The notes beneath the pieces were generated by a model, which did no database searches, had not been told where the DNA came from, and saw only the letters and a list, made by a program, of their open reading frames with translations. Shown here in pieces: positions 39,401 through 45,758 of a stretch of 64,000 nucleotides of DNA. Origin of the DNA: a virus; IMG/VR virus record IMGVR_UViG_3300036770_007034, positions 1 through 64,000 of that record, one strand, 5' to 3'. The position numbers and the translations under genes were made by a program. How positions within the stretch are numbered: position 1 is the stretch's first letter; each line of letters begins with the position of its first letter.

Positions 39401-42006
39401 TTGTGGATACCTATGAAAGCCACGCACCGGAAGAATTAGTGCCTGGTATAACCTACGACACATTGGATTTCCGTGTGTACACTCGTCCAGGATCTGATTG
39501 GTCAGGCGACGGGCATGGGTTCAACATCAAGCAAGTGAATCTGCTCTATACTACTGCGTCCAACTCTGTTTATTTTGGTGATTTGATGGCCCATGCAGTG
39601 GCCGTGAGATTGATAAATGTCACTAACTTGGTATCTCTGAATCCTGGGCAGTACGTGATAGATTGGCCACGCCAACGTGCCACAGTGCTATCTGGTGCAG
39701 CCGACAATGATATCGTCGGGGTGATAGTGTATGGAGTAGGTGGCGGTAGCCAGCTGTTCAAGGAGAGCTATCCTGGCCAAACCGTGGGAGACGAGCTGGT
39801 CATACCTGTAGGTACCGCAGTAGATTGGGCCACTAACACCATATACTCACAAGGAACCTTGGTGCGATTCAATGGAAACGTATATCGTGCCAATATCACG
39901 GCTAACAGCGGATCTTCGTTCAATATTCTGCTATACACTATTGTAGACAGTGATAGTATCATACAATCACTGCTGGTGTTGGTCAACGGCGAAATCATTA
40001 CCAACTACACTTATCAGAGTTATAACGGCTGGCAAACCAAGATATTATTCGATGACACCTATGGACAGGATGACTGGGTAGTGGTCACAGCACTCGGAGC
40101 AACCACTCCGCAGAAGAGCTGGAGCTTCCCATTGACTCAGTACTTTACATTTGCCAATGATAGCACGGATGTTTTCTTGCTAGATAACAGTCTCCAAGGT
40201 ACCAACAACATAAATCTCATAGTAGAGAGAGATGGCCAGAGACTGCGGCCTCCTGAAAGCGTGGAATATTTTGGTGATGGTTCCAGCGCAGGCCCTTATT
40301 ATCTGCCCACTCGCGGCGAGATCAATCAAGGTCTGATTTCAGACAATGATGTGATAGTGTTTGTGGATCAACAGCCGAAGATACTCAGTGTTGATTTCAC
40401 TGTAAGTCCTTGGGATGGTAGCTCGGACCGCTATGTAGAATTCCAGACCGCTCCAGCGGCCGGTGCTCAGATCATCATAGCAGTGACCACTTCCGCGGAC
40501 TACGCACTGAATGGTAATCAACTCACTCTGAGAGTAGGTGCAGCAGTGGGCGCCACAATCGCTGTCACCACATGGAATGACACACAAGAACAAGGTCTTC
40601 TTACACAAGTATTTGTTGGACCAACACAGACTGGTGTAACTACCGGCCAACCCTATGATACTACAGATTTTGATGTGGGCGATATTACTGGCGATCCTGG
40701 TAGCTTTGACTATACTTCAGGAACAGTGATTTCTACCAACGACTTTGATACAGGCAGGATCATACTAGACAGCGAAAGATTGTGGGTCACCTTGAACGGA
40801 TGGAGATTGATTGCCGGTGAAGATTATACGGTAGAAGGATCAGTGGTGACTATCGGTGGCAGTATCATCGGTCCGGCCGATCGAGTGACTATAACATCTT
40901 TCACACAGACCGTGGTACCCGAAGCCATTGCTTTCCGTATATTCCAAGACATGCTAGGTATACAGCGTATCTATCGTATCACTCCAGAAAACACCACCGT
41001 GCTCACACAGCCCTTGGAGCCCGGAGATGACATCATCTATGTCGAAGATTCGCGTATGCTGTCAGAACCAAATCCCGAAGGCAATATTTTCGGAGTGCTG
41101 ACGATCAACGGCGAACGTATAACCTATCGCGAAAGAGATGACTGGAACAATACCGTATCTGGTCTGCGTCGTGGAGTAGCAGGCACAGCCATAGCATCAC
41201 ATGCTGTGGGTAGTGCTGTATATGATATCGGTCGTGGCGAAGCTTTGCCACAGAGATATCAGCAGAACATTATCGCAGATGATTTTATTGGTGATGGCGC
41301 TACCAAAACTTTCAACGCAGAAATTGGATTCGTGAACGACATCACGGTATTCCTGGGTGGATCTATCCGTTGCTATCTTGGATTATCGCTGGGAACGCTA
41401 GAGGAAATTCCCCAAGAAGATTTCACGATCATCAGCGTGGATCCTATCACTGTACAGCTAAACTTTGTTCCGCCAGCCGGACGAGTTTTCCAGATCGTCT
41501 ACACACCCACAGTGGGATCACCATCAGTACTCACAGTTCCGACCACAGGTGCTACAAGCCGTTGGACCGCTGCCTTCTCAGCCACAGATTTGGTGTTGCA
41601 ATCAACTGATGTGTATGACGTGACAGATTTCAATCCTGTGACTGTGCAGTTTGATGATCTTATACCTCCCAAGCGTGTGGTAGTGATCAATGACTTGAAC
41701 AGCGACACTTTCTTTATCACACAGGCTGACGTGGCCACTGATACCTTTGTGACGGACATATCTGTGACCAAACCTGTAAGAGTGAAAGTGGGTGGAACTT
41801 TATTGGCCGAAACCGCATATACAGTATCTTCGGTAAATCCGATTTCAGTGACCTTGGTAGATGCACCTCCTCTGGGAGTAGAAATACAGATATCTATCAT
41901 ACAGGCCCGGGTGTTTTATGCCCAGGGCATAGATACAGCCAGCGATGGACAGCCTTTGCAAGAGCAACAAACGCTGGCAGCATGGTTTATAGAAGGTAGG
42001 GTATGA
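27499..42006 (+). CDS. Giant (4835 aa) baseplate/adsorption structural protein at the gp7 position
   Basis: Uninterrupted 14.5 kb ORF after gp6. Contains FG-GAP-like propeller repeats, CBM5/12-like 'W.PN..Y..G..V...G..Y' repeats, 'GDG.T..F' small beta modules and (F/Y)D repeats. Confidence 0.8.
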   Translation: MANQRIRTVDFLPEIFQTPTNRQFLSATLDQLVQNPKLKQTQGYIGRRVGPGVNPNDNYVLEPTRTRTDYQLEPGVVFLAPNTNNVVDAMTYPGLIDSIAVKGGNVQRQDRLFSSQYYSWDPFIDLDKFVNFSQYYWLPEGPDSVDVFSAAVPLRDDFVVSRTSTGYTFSGVTGTNPTLTLVREGNYTFDVRQTGFRFWIQSVPGVSGVLPQTPNQSSREVLGVTNNGDDNGVITFDVPAKSAQNFYYQLADAGQVDFATDIQFDDINNRYLSEFIEEYGGIDGVSDINGRTVIFLNDAGWFFTGLYDANGQPFDSVPYDETVEITLESQKYSVWRINLVYDDPLNPYIKLTVDRPVDNLSRLLVLYGNQYSNISFYKDASGTFERIPLITANLDVLYYQDATNPDFFGVIRLVDQAGDQTLDIDEIIGKKTYTSPNGVTFTNGLKVQFQGLTNPASYEGKEYYVEGVGTAIQLIPVSKMITPETYTRSATIPYDSLPYDEGGFDDTLNAPLDQDYMTINRASFGYNAWSRSNRWFHAQVIADTARYNGIDPFLDNDQRAKRPIIEFRPDLKLFNSGTLGIDPVNIIDFRATDALSDINGTIGYSVDGYSFIDGSRVIFAADRDPEVRNKIYQVNFITPTGSGTPIIDLQPANLETPDQLINEMVVVLSGITQQGKSYWFDGATWIEAQRKTDVNQPPLFDVFDENGVSYSNSTVYPATSFRGSKLFSYAIGDGVTDPIVEQPLKYLTINNVGDIIFDNNLNIDTFTYVEDTVSVTLDINDGVVRQYIDRVNFRKLLGWQTANTTVTSRQSFSFDYQGSEQLILDIPVDTTSTDIPVKVFVNAIFVDPTNYTYVVNSNGSTTITFVSPPAAGSKIEVSVVSEVASSTGFYSVPLNLENNAVNEDIIQLTLGTIRNHYGSICQNLQTFQGQINGQNNSRDLGNLIPYGSIILQQSSPLTMTASFINSQRFDFFHAIEFAAKEYTKYKNLIVDAVIKNDFQNMTAAEILDECIDTINLGKTELMPFYWTDTLPTGGAFDVTTYTVTPITTNVFDTLYTYDFTSANYRAILVYLNDVQLIGNGYEYTVATDGPRITINVPLSIGDVITLREYTSTFGNFVPSTPTVLGLYPSYVPAIFLDDTYVTDKLVIRGHDGSITVAYEDIRDEVLLEFEKRIFNNLKTQSNPVPLQYSDVAPGQFRTTEYTQSEVTSIMGVSFLAWVGANKLAYREQDYIPDNQFTWNYTASENKLTGTTLLGAWRGIYNYFYDTDAPNTRPWEMLGFSQKPTWWEDQYGPAPYTSGNLVLWDDLEAGRVMDPAGSYVIEKYKRPGLTSVIPSDSEGNLLPPFDVMVGEYDTGSFRKSWTVGDGGPVEASFWKSSYWPFAVQRLLALTKPAQYFSLFADRDLYRFNDEFGQYLYENRFRLRPENIQIYGNGTIKNSYINWIVDYNRQTGLDSTVDLKRELENLDVRLCYRMASFSDKQYLKLYTEKSSPNSLNTSLLLPDESYQLLLYKNPTQSALTWSSIIIQRSDRGWVVYGYSTVRPYFEILTSIPNGNFRTFTVNETTIRVANDYSNQVTRVPYGYEFSTVSGVVDFLLSYGKLMESQGITFQDIERNRVLNWDQMAYEFMYWSQQGWAPGSLININPVANTLRIERPGFVAEPLSTTAPEDILLNQNKNSLQSQDYVVERFENELVLRAVNNNTFSYLGAKFTQFEHMIVLDNTSVFNDLIYNPATGARQSRLLFVGYTTYEWNGTLDAQGFILNQDNIVQWVPNKAYSKGQIVLYKDSYWSAAKIIPPSETFDFNVWIKSDYDQIQKGLLPNAATNAENIRNFYDVHTANLERDADLFAFGLIGFRPRRYMQNLNLDDISQVNLYSQFLGIKGTTQAAEIFTRANLGKEVAEYEIFENWAIQRAIYGANANRSYFELRLNEALMLANPSTIQVIEPGEFSDADQTVQVNQIWKESYPITSSDILPTNFLNATDVLLPSAGYVNWDDADIKVFSFADLTPIINDIENIAVGTSVWVAKDNSYDWNIYRNNLVIYTIDSVRDNLNGTCTLTFAGQHGLTVNQKIVIKYFGLGVDGAYDVLSVPSLKTVTIALSLGGAATTITGTGVCFVLESMRVRQASDVSLLEYSNSLLPGNRAWVDDDGTGHWVVYEKINPFSTPAELIPEQPEANSRFGSAITQGFGNLGALIGAPGFDNDVGAVYAFTKGGTSTYVETVLLTMGANNFVNYGSAVASGGSQWGIAGAANSWAKQGYAVTINRNPDSGNYVQAQLLTEVPYRLYTANGDGSTVAFDPTGTLGAISDPELLGVVVGDTPQVYGTNWTYSAPNVIFSSVATPSGTEAAPPAGTDNVKIFYYDEYGHGLAVSQDERWIYVGAPAGNRVYAYNKVDVQTQVKNFVGDGATDEFYIADVIIVDDDSADGGIGAQQIGVTVNNLPKQAGVDYEYSNGSVIFTAPPNTDDTIRIIRLQSKTFFPTTAETVFAIEDLYTATNIYSFSVYVNDVLQRPNMDYTFNSGNKTITFVSGGVIGTVLVVSRTYFQYVDYFDMPSPALSTARFGHALSSTTDGRQALIGAPDATADSKLLAGQIYVIDRSVERFTVTDTSVTSYTTLRNFNGPATVKINATFLIPDNGFNNNGQFTDDGVNTVTIDVPLNIGDFIEIETNTFKLVQAVASNAPQAAANFGRALDQCPTNCSLYIGQPNDSSIVPQGGSAERWINQNRLYGIISGVNQNPTLTPGESIRINDVDVLVSTPTAWTSAIGWSANVFVIDGTAIYRSIRAVPVSTSIDDTSYWQPSSWVELYVGDITTANIPNVSATTSNGYITLSIANADAAIPFTQLVVLPGLGDTFYELGLEPMYYTQTITAPNPVAYAHFGASVDISDDSRTLVVGSPQGTAFKPTTFDNGITYFDSKATEFFDPLSESGVVFTYDLLSSANGSIRNPSKFVFGQQIYDEDLRSLDEFGTAVSYNNGILLIGSPQDDLGDSVGDFGRVAQLNNPDKLAAWDIVYRQTPIVDVNLINSVFMYDRLESKVTQYLDFIDPLAGKILGAARQNIDYLGAIDPAAYNTGPVNNYGDQWVETHLGEIWWDLSTCRFIDYHQDTIAYRSRRWGQLFPGSTADVYQWIESPVPPAQYSGPGTPYSTTSYSVSSKLNNDGLFATRYFFWVRGLRDVATRAKKTLSVQAISQYIENPRSSGIPYMAAIASGTLALYNSRNNISAQDTILHVEFDKIANSDNVHIEYDLIAAGEPSSFLSGGLYRKMLDSFCGEDTLGNKVPDPNLSPADLYGVYFRPRQSFFVDRFLALQNYLERANAIFAAFPISDSRPFNLLNSSEPEPTSASGEWNKRVLTYTELTYQDLGQVPVGYRYLVASDSTNDGLWTIYTVVLGNALLGSPKELLLTRVQNYDTRLYWEYINWVQPGYNVGTKPVAEVSTFNDLQRLTVPEGASAKVTRNSFGKFEIYQYLGGEWLRVVLEDGTIAIKEEIWNYVVGRFGFDIETFDSQRFDQFPAIETRQILRAINEELLTGELEIFRNELLMLVFEFILTEQQAPDWLFKTSLIDVNHKIRDLLPYQIFRQDNQDFVLDYIKEVKPYHVKIKEFNLKYEGIDTYDGNVTDFDCPAYYDTALQAFEAPALDDSDPPKYSNSEPSTDPIWYELPWSQWFQNYTLQIQGADVLEGGVGYTVAPEVLIGEAWAANTAFTAGQQIYFARNLYTVTQSGVSGVTGPVFTSGSDVNGTMTIAYAGTRALAVSRVNTAGQVVEIIVIDSGSGYITTPSLTIVGGNGTGARGVPVLGNELVRNILTTIKYDRYEYVSQVVDWQPNTKYLEGQLVRFRDQVYSVDEVDDSTELDSGPQFNPADYTLVDESTLSAADRVIGLYTPDPNEPGRELALVINGIDYPGVQVQGPGFDQNTGFDVGNYDINPFDNIDFGPEGLPTYDEGILDAIYQSSFDDIYLGTRTTDINVDGGAFVDTYESHAPEELVPGITYDTLDFRVYTRPGSDWSGDGHGFNIKQVNLLYTTASNSVYFGDLMAHAVAVRLINVTNLVSLNPGQYVIDWPRQRATVLSGAADNDIVGVIVYGVGGGSQLFKESYPGQTVGDELVIPVGTAVDWATNTIYSQGTLVRFNGNVYRANITANSGSSFNILLYTIVDSDSIIQSLLVLVNGEIITNYTYQSYNGWQTKILFDDTYGQDDWVVVTALGATTPQKSWSFPLTQYFTFANDSTDVFLLDNSLQGTNNINLIVERDGQRLRPPESVEYFGDGSSAGPYYLPTRGEINQGLISDNDVIVFVDQQPKILSVDFTVSPWDGSSDRYVEFQTAPAAGAQIIIAVTTSADYALNGNQLTLRVGAAVGATIAVTTWNDTQEQGLLTQVFVGPTQTGVTTGQPYDTTDFDVGDITGDPGSFDYTSGTVISTNDFDTGRIILDSERLWVTLNGWRLIAGEDYTVEGSVVTIGGSIIGPADRVTITSFTQTVVPEAIAFRIFQDMLGIQRIYRITPENTTVLTQPLEPGDDIIYVEDSRMLSEPNPEGNIFGVLTINGERITYRERDDWNNTVSGLRRGVAGTAIASHAVGSAVYDIGRGEALPQRYQQNIIADDFIGDGATKTFNAEIGFVNDITVFLGGSIRCYLGLSLGTLEEIPQEDFTIISVDPITVQLNFVPPAGRVFQIVYTPTVGSPSVLTVPTTGATSRWTAAFSATDLVLQSTDVYDVTDFNPVTVQFDDLIPPKRVVVINDLNSDTFFITQADVATDTFVTDISVTKPVRVKVGGTLLAETAYTVSSVNPISVTLVDAPPLGVEIQISIIQARVFYAQGIDTASDGQPLQEQQTLAAWFIEGRV

Positions 42007-42026
42007 AAGACAACATAAATATATCC

Positions 42027-42176
42027 ATGGACCAAAACATGGAAGAAAACAAGCAATCTCAACCTGCTGTGAGCCCGGAATCACGTCCCAACGAGCGAGG
42101 TAGTTTTGCTGTGATGGGCCATGTAAAGATATTTGACCCTAACACCAAAGAAACTATCGTGGAGACCCGAGCATGA
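42027..42176 (+). CDS. Unannotated 49 aa protein sharing a motif with the next gene
   Basis: MDQNMEENKQSQPAVSPESRPNERGSFAVMGHVKIFDPNTKETIVETRA. CATAAATA 5 nt upstream (42014-42021); ATGA overlap with the next gene. Confidence 0.75.
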   Translation: MDQNMEENKQSQPAVSPESRPNERGSFAVMGHVKIFDPNTKETIVETRA

Positions 42177-42775
42177 TGCAGGTACCAGTAAAGATCGAAG
42201 GATTTGTAAAAATTTTCGATCCCAACACTCAAGAGATTTTTGTGGATAAAAAGAATGCTATCCACTATGAAAATATCTCGGTAAGCATGGCCAACACCCT
42301 GGCCAACAAGACCATTGGACAGATCTATGTCATGGCATTTGGCAACGGTGGTAGCTCTGTGGATCCCACTGGCGTGATCACTTATCTTCCGCCCAACACC
42401 ACTGGACAGAATGCGGATCTTTACAATCCTACTTACGCCAAGGTGGTAGATAATAATTCAGCAGCCAACACAGATCCCAGCAGAAACAACATGACCATCC
42501 TGCACACTACCGGTCGTGTTTATACAGATATCCTAGTGAGCTGTTTGCTAGACTACGGTGAACCTGCCGGACAACAGGCCTTTGACAACAGCACCAATTT
42601 CAATGGTGAATACGTTTTTGATGAGCTGGGCTTGAAAACTTGGAACGGTAGCCCTACAGATCTACGGTTGATCACACATGTGATTTTCCACCCGGTACAG
42701 AAGAGTTTGAACCGACAGATCCAAATAGACTACACAATTCGCATACAGACCCTAACAAATCTGAGTGCTACATAA
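42173..42775 (+). CDS. Baseplate/tail-fibre attachment protein
   Basis: 'GFVKIFD...KKNAIH', 'MAFGNGG', 'FDELGL', 'HPVQKSLNRQIQIDYTIRI' resemble tail-collar/fibre N-terminal domains. Confidence 0.65.
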   Translation: MMQVPVKIEGFVKIFDPNTQEIFVDKKNAIHYENISVSMANTLANKTIGQIYVMAFGNGGSSVDPTGVITYLPPNTTGQNADLYNPTYAKVVDNNSAANTDPSRNNMTILHTTGRVYTDILVSCLLDYGEPAGQQAFDNSTNFNGEYVFDELGLKTWNGSPTDLRLITHVIFHPVQKSLNRQIQIDYTIRIQTLTNLSAT

Positions 42776-42827
42776 ATATGAGTATATAAAGATATGGTAA
42801 ATATCTCTAAAGCGGAGTGAGAACACA

Positions 42828-44261
42828 ATGGCATATACGATCAATCTAACTGACGGTACGATTTTCGCGGTAATCGCGGATGGTACTATCAACACCGATT
42901 CCAGCATGACCCTGGTGGGTAAAAACTATGCGGGCTACGGTGAATTCCTTGATGAGAACTTCATCAAACTGTTAGAAAACAGTTCCAATACCACAGCACC
43001 AGGTGCACCGTTAGTGGGCCAGCTCTGGTGGGACAAGACCAATAATCTAATGAAGGTGTATACAGGTACAGCCTTCAAGGTAATATCAGCTGCCACAGCC
43101 AGCGCTTCTGCTCCTACCAATAATGTCACTGGCGATCTATGGTATGATACAACAAATGCTCAGCTCAAAGTTTGGAGCGGATCGGCATTCATCCTAGTAG
43201 GACCTGCGTTTACCGCTGGCACAGGTACTTCGGGCGCGATTGTTGATACTATCACGGATAGCTCTCCTGGAGCAGACCATGTGGTAGTAAAGATCTTTGT
43301 AAACAATACCATCGTATCCATATTCTCCAAAGACGCTACATTCACTCCTGCCGCGGCCCTTTCAGGCTTTGCTACCATAGGACCTGGTCTCAACATGAGT
43401 ACCACGGTTTCGGGCGCTGTGTTCAAAGGTACAGCCACAGATGCTGAACAACTTGATGGACTTGATTCCACAGCATTTATGCGTACCAACACTAATACCT
43501 CAACCACCGGTACTATCAGTATCCTCAATGACACTGGTTTGTATGTGGGTGGTGATAGTGATGCTCGACTTTTTGTGACTGGCACAGATGTATATCTGCG
43601 CAATCAGACACAAGACGGCGACATCTATATCCAAGTAAACGATGGTGGTTCAACTACCAATGCTATCACTATCGATGGCGCCACAACAAATGTCACACTG
43701 AATGCAGGATTGACAGTGGGAGGAAATATTTCTTCCACTGGTGGATCAGTAAACTTTGGTACCGCTGCAATCAGTCTTGGCAGCATTATCAACAACAATG
43801 CCAATGGTGTTGGTAATATCGGTAGTTCAACCACTTATTTCAACACTATATTTGCTAAAGCAACGTCGGCTGAATATGCTGACTTGGCAGAAAGATTTGA
43901 AGCAGATGCTGCATATCCTGCAGGCACTGTAGTGATCCTGGGCGGTGAGAAAGAAATCACCGCCGCTATGGAAGATGCCACAGATGAAGTATTTGGTGTG
44001 ATTTCTACTCGCGCAGCCTTTACTATGAATGGTGCTGCCGGTAGCGATGAAACCCATCCACCAATCGCGATGACAGGCCGAGTTCCTGTGCGTGTGGTTG
44101 GTAAGGTACGCAAAGGTGAACGCCTGGTGTCAGCCGGCAACGGCCTGGCCCGTGCCGCTGCTCGCAATGAATGGACTGCTTATAATGTGATTGGTCGTGC
44201 ATTGAAAGATAAAACGACCGAAGACGAAGGCACAGTAGAAGCCATCGTCACGATAAACTAA
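42828..44261 (+). CDS. Tail fibre with C-terminal intramolecular-chaperone-like domain
   Basis: T/G/S-rich; 'GQLWWD', 'GDLWYDT' repeats; C-terminal 'YADLAERFEAD..Y.AGTVV...GRVPVRVVG.V.KG..LV...IGRAL'. Late motifs at 42771-42778 and 42797-42803. Confidence 0.8.
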   Translation: MAYTINLTDGTIFAVIADGTINTDSSMTLVGKNYAGYGEFLDENFIKLLENSSNTTAPGAPLVGQLWWDKTNNLMKVYTGTAFKVISAATASASAPTNNVTGDLWYDTTNAQLKVWSGSAFILVGPAFTAGTGTSGAIVDTITDSSPGADHVVVKIFVNNTIVSIFSKDATFTPAAALSGFATIGPGLNMSTTVSGAVFKGTATDAEQLDGLDSTAFMRTNTNTSTTGTISILNDTGLYVGGDSDARLFVTGTDVYLRNQTQDGDIYIQVNDGGSTTNAITIDGATTNVTLNAGLTVGGNISSTGGSVNFGTAAISLGSIINNNANGVGNIGSSTTYFNTIFAKATSAEYADLAERFEADAAYPAGTVVILGGEKEITAAMEDATDEVFGVISTRAAFTMNGAAGSDETHPPIAMTGRVPVRVVGKVRKGERLVSAGNGLARAAARNEWTAYNVIGRALKDKTTEDEGTVEAIVTIN

Positions 44262-44264
44262 AAG

Positions 44265-44379
44265 GAATAATTGATACCCAGCTATAAAATCAGTAAATGA
44301 CGCCTGCGGTAATCCGCTTTACTAACATAAGTAAATGTTAGAACGCCGTTTTTTATAGCGTTGATGAATCAACTAATTC
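44265..44379 (+). promoter_or_regulatory. Structured intergenic element containing late-promoter variant CATAAGTA
   Basis: Nested inverted repeats GCTATAAAA/TTTTATAGC, AGTAAA/TTTACT, GCGG-TAAT-CCGC, CTAACAT/ATGTTAG. Confidence 0.5.
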
Positions 44380-44394
44380 AAAGGGATAGATGGA

Positions 44395-45372
44395 ATGACA
44401 TATTCAACCGGATCAGTAATACTAGATGACGACTATAATATTTTTGCCACAGGTAATGCTGCCGGTACTGGCGATAACAATGTCGCAAACGTAAACACCG
44501 TATGGGGAGTTGGAAATGGCGATAAAGGATATGGTCAGACTACTCTTCCGGTTCTCAGCGCAGTATCCGCAGGACAGACAGTGACAGCTACACAATGGGC
44601 TACCATGCTGAATCGTATCTCTTCAGCCGCCAGCCAGCAAGGATCTTCGATTACCGGCATCACTAACCCTGTAGCAGGCGACACAATTAGTGCTTATGCC
44701 GCTCTTTCAACTAACATCACGACAATCTACAACAACCGCTTGAACTGTGCCGCTGTAGGATCATCGATCACTTCGGGCGGTAGTACAGATCGTACTACAT
44801 CTTGGGCTACATCGGTGACATTTACACAGACGGTGACATTCGCAAGTGGCGATGCCGCTCGCTACTTTTTCAACGCAGGTGGACGTATCACACAGACGTG
44901 GAGTCGCTCAGGCGGTTCTGTGAACGACCAAAATACAGCTATCACTAACCTATGTACAGCTTGTGGTACGCTGAACTACACAGCAGGTACTGGCACACAG
45001 ACCATCGCCGGCAGTAGCTACACAGGTACTACCAAGACCGGTGGTTCTGGTTCGCCCACAGTGGCAACGACCACAGGTTACTACGATTACACCACTGCCA
45101 ACGTGCAGGTATTCACGCAATCGGCCAGTTCTTACTACGGTTATGAAGGCAACTCAATCACTGTCAACATCCTGACCAACGGTACCCAGGGTTCCAATGC
45201 TGACACAGGATCGGTGATCACTATCTACTCTACTGTAGCAAAAGGTGGTGGGTTGACCACAGTTGACGGTACTCTAAACTCTACTATCACACTGATCCCC
45301 AGCTCGACGACATATCTTACCACGACCAGTTGGGGTACACCTACATTGGCTGGATCACAATCCGGATCGTAA
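44395..45372 (+). CDS. Ser/Thr/Gly-rich virion fibre-like protein
   Basis: 325 aa, very T/S/G-rich, 'TVTFASGDAARYFFNAGG'; last gene of the tail operon. Confidence 0.7.
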   Translation: MTYSTGSVILDDDYNIFATGNAAGTGDNNVANVNTVWGVGNGDKGYGQTTLPVLSAVSAGQTVTATQWATMLNRISSAASQQGSSITGITNPVAGDTISAYAALSTNITTIYNNRLNCAAVGSSITSGGSTDRTTSWATSVTFTQTVTFASGDAARYFFNAGGRITQTWSRSGGSVNDQNTAITNLCTACGTLNYTAGTGTQTIAGSSYTGTTKTGGSGSPTVATTTGYYDYTTANVQVFTQSASSYYGYEGNSITVNILTNGTQGSNADTGSVITIYSTVAKGGGLTTVDGTLNSTITLIPSSTTYLTTTSWGTPTLAGSQSGS

Positions 45373-45387
45373 TCGAAGATTTTGGAG

Positions 45388-45416
45388 AACAAAAAGGGCC
45401 TCAGGGCCCTTTTGTT
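45388..45416. terminator. Bidirectional intrinsic terminator
   Basis: AAAAGGGCC-TCAG-GGCCCTTTT followed by GTTTT. Confidence 0.85.
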
Positions 45417-45429
45417 TTGCTACATACTC

Positions 45430-45438
45430 TGTTATAAT
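45430..45438 (+). promoter_or_regulatory. Extended -10 promoter TGnTATAAT at the start of the enzyme island
   Basis: TGTTATAAT ends 5 nt before ATG 45444. Confidence 0.55.
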
Positions 45439-45443
45439 GGAGT

Positions 45444-45758
45444 ATGAACTTGGATCCAGAACAAATAGTCAAAGAGATCAAAAGCCGTTTTGATCATGCC
45501 ACGCAGAAGAAACTGCTCCGCGAAAAATATCACTCTAAGATGACCTTCGCCCATGCTGGCGGTATGTGGAAAGCCGGTCCGGAGTTGCTGACATTACTGC
45601 ATGCTTGCCCAGTAGAGGATTCTGTAGTGATCGAAGACCTCTATGGCAATCCTGTAAAGATCAACCCATTGGAGCTACAGCATCTTGCACATGGTCGCTG
45701 GCAAGAGCAGATGACTGCCTGGTTGTGCGAACTTGAAGAGTTGAGCCGTAATCGATGA
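45444..45758 (+). CDS. Hypothetical protein
   Basis: 104 aa; first gene after the terminator; ATGA coupled. Confidence 0.7.
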   Translation: MNLDPEQIVKEIKSRFDHATQKKLLREKYHSKMTFAHAGGMWKAGPELLTLLHACPVEDSVVIEDLYGNPVKINPLELQHLAHGRWQEQMTAWLCELEELSRNR

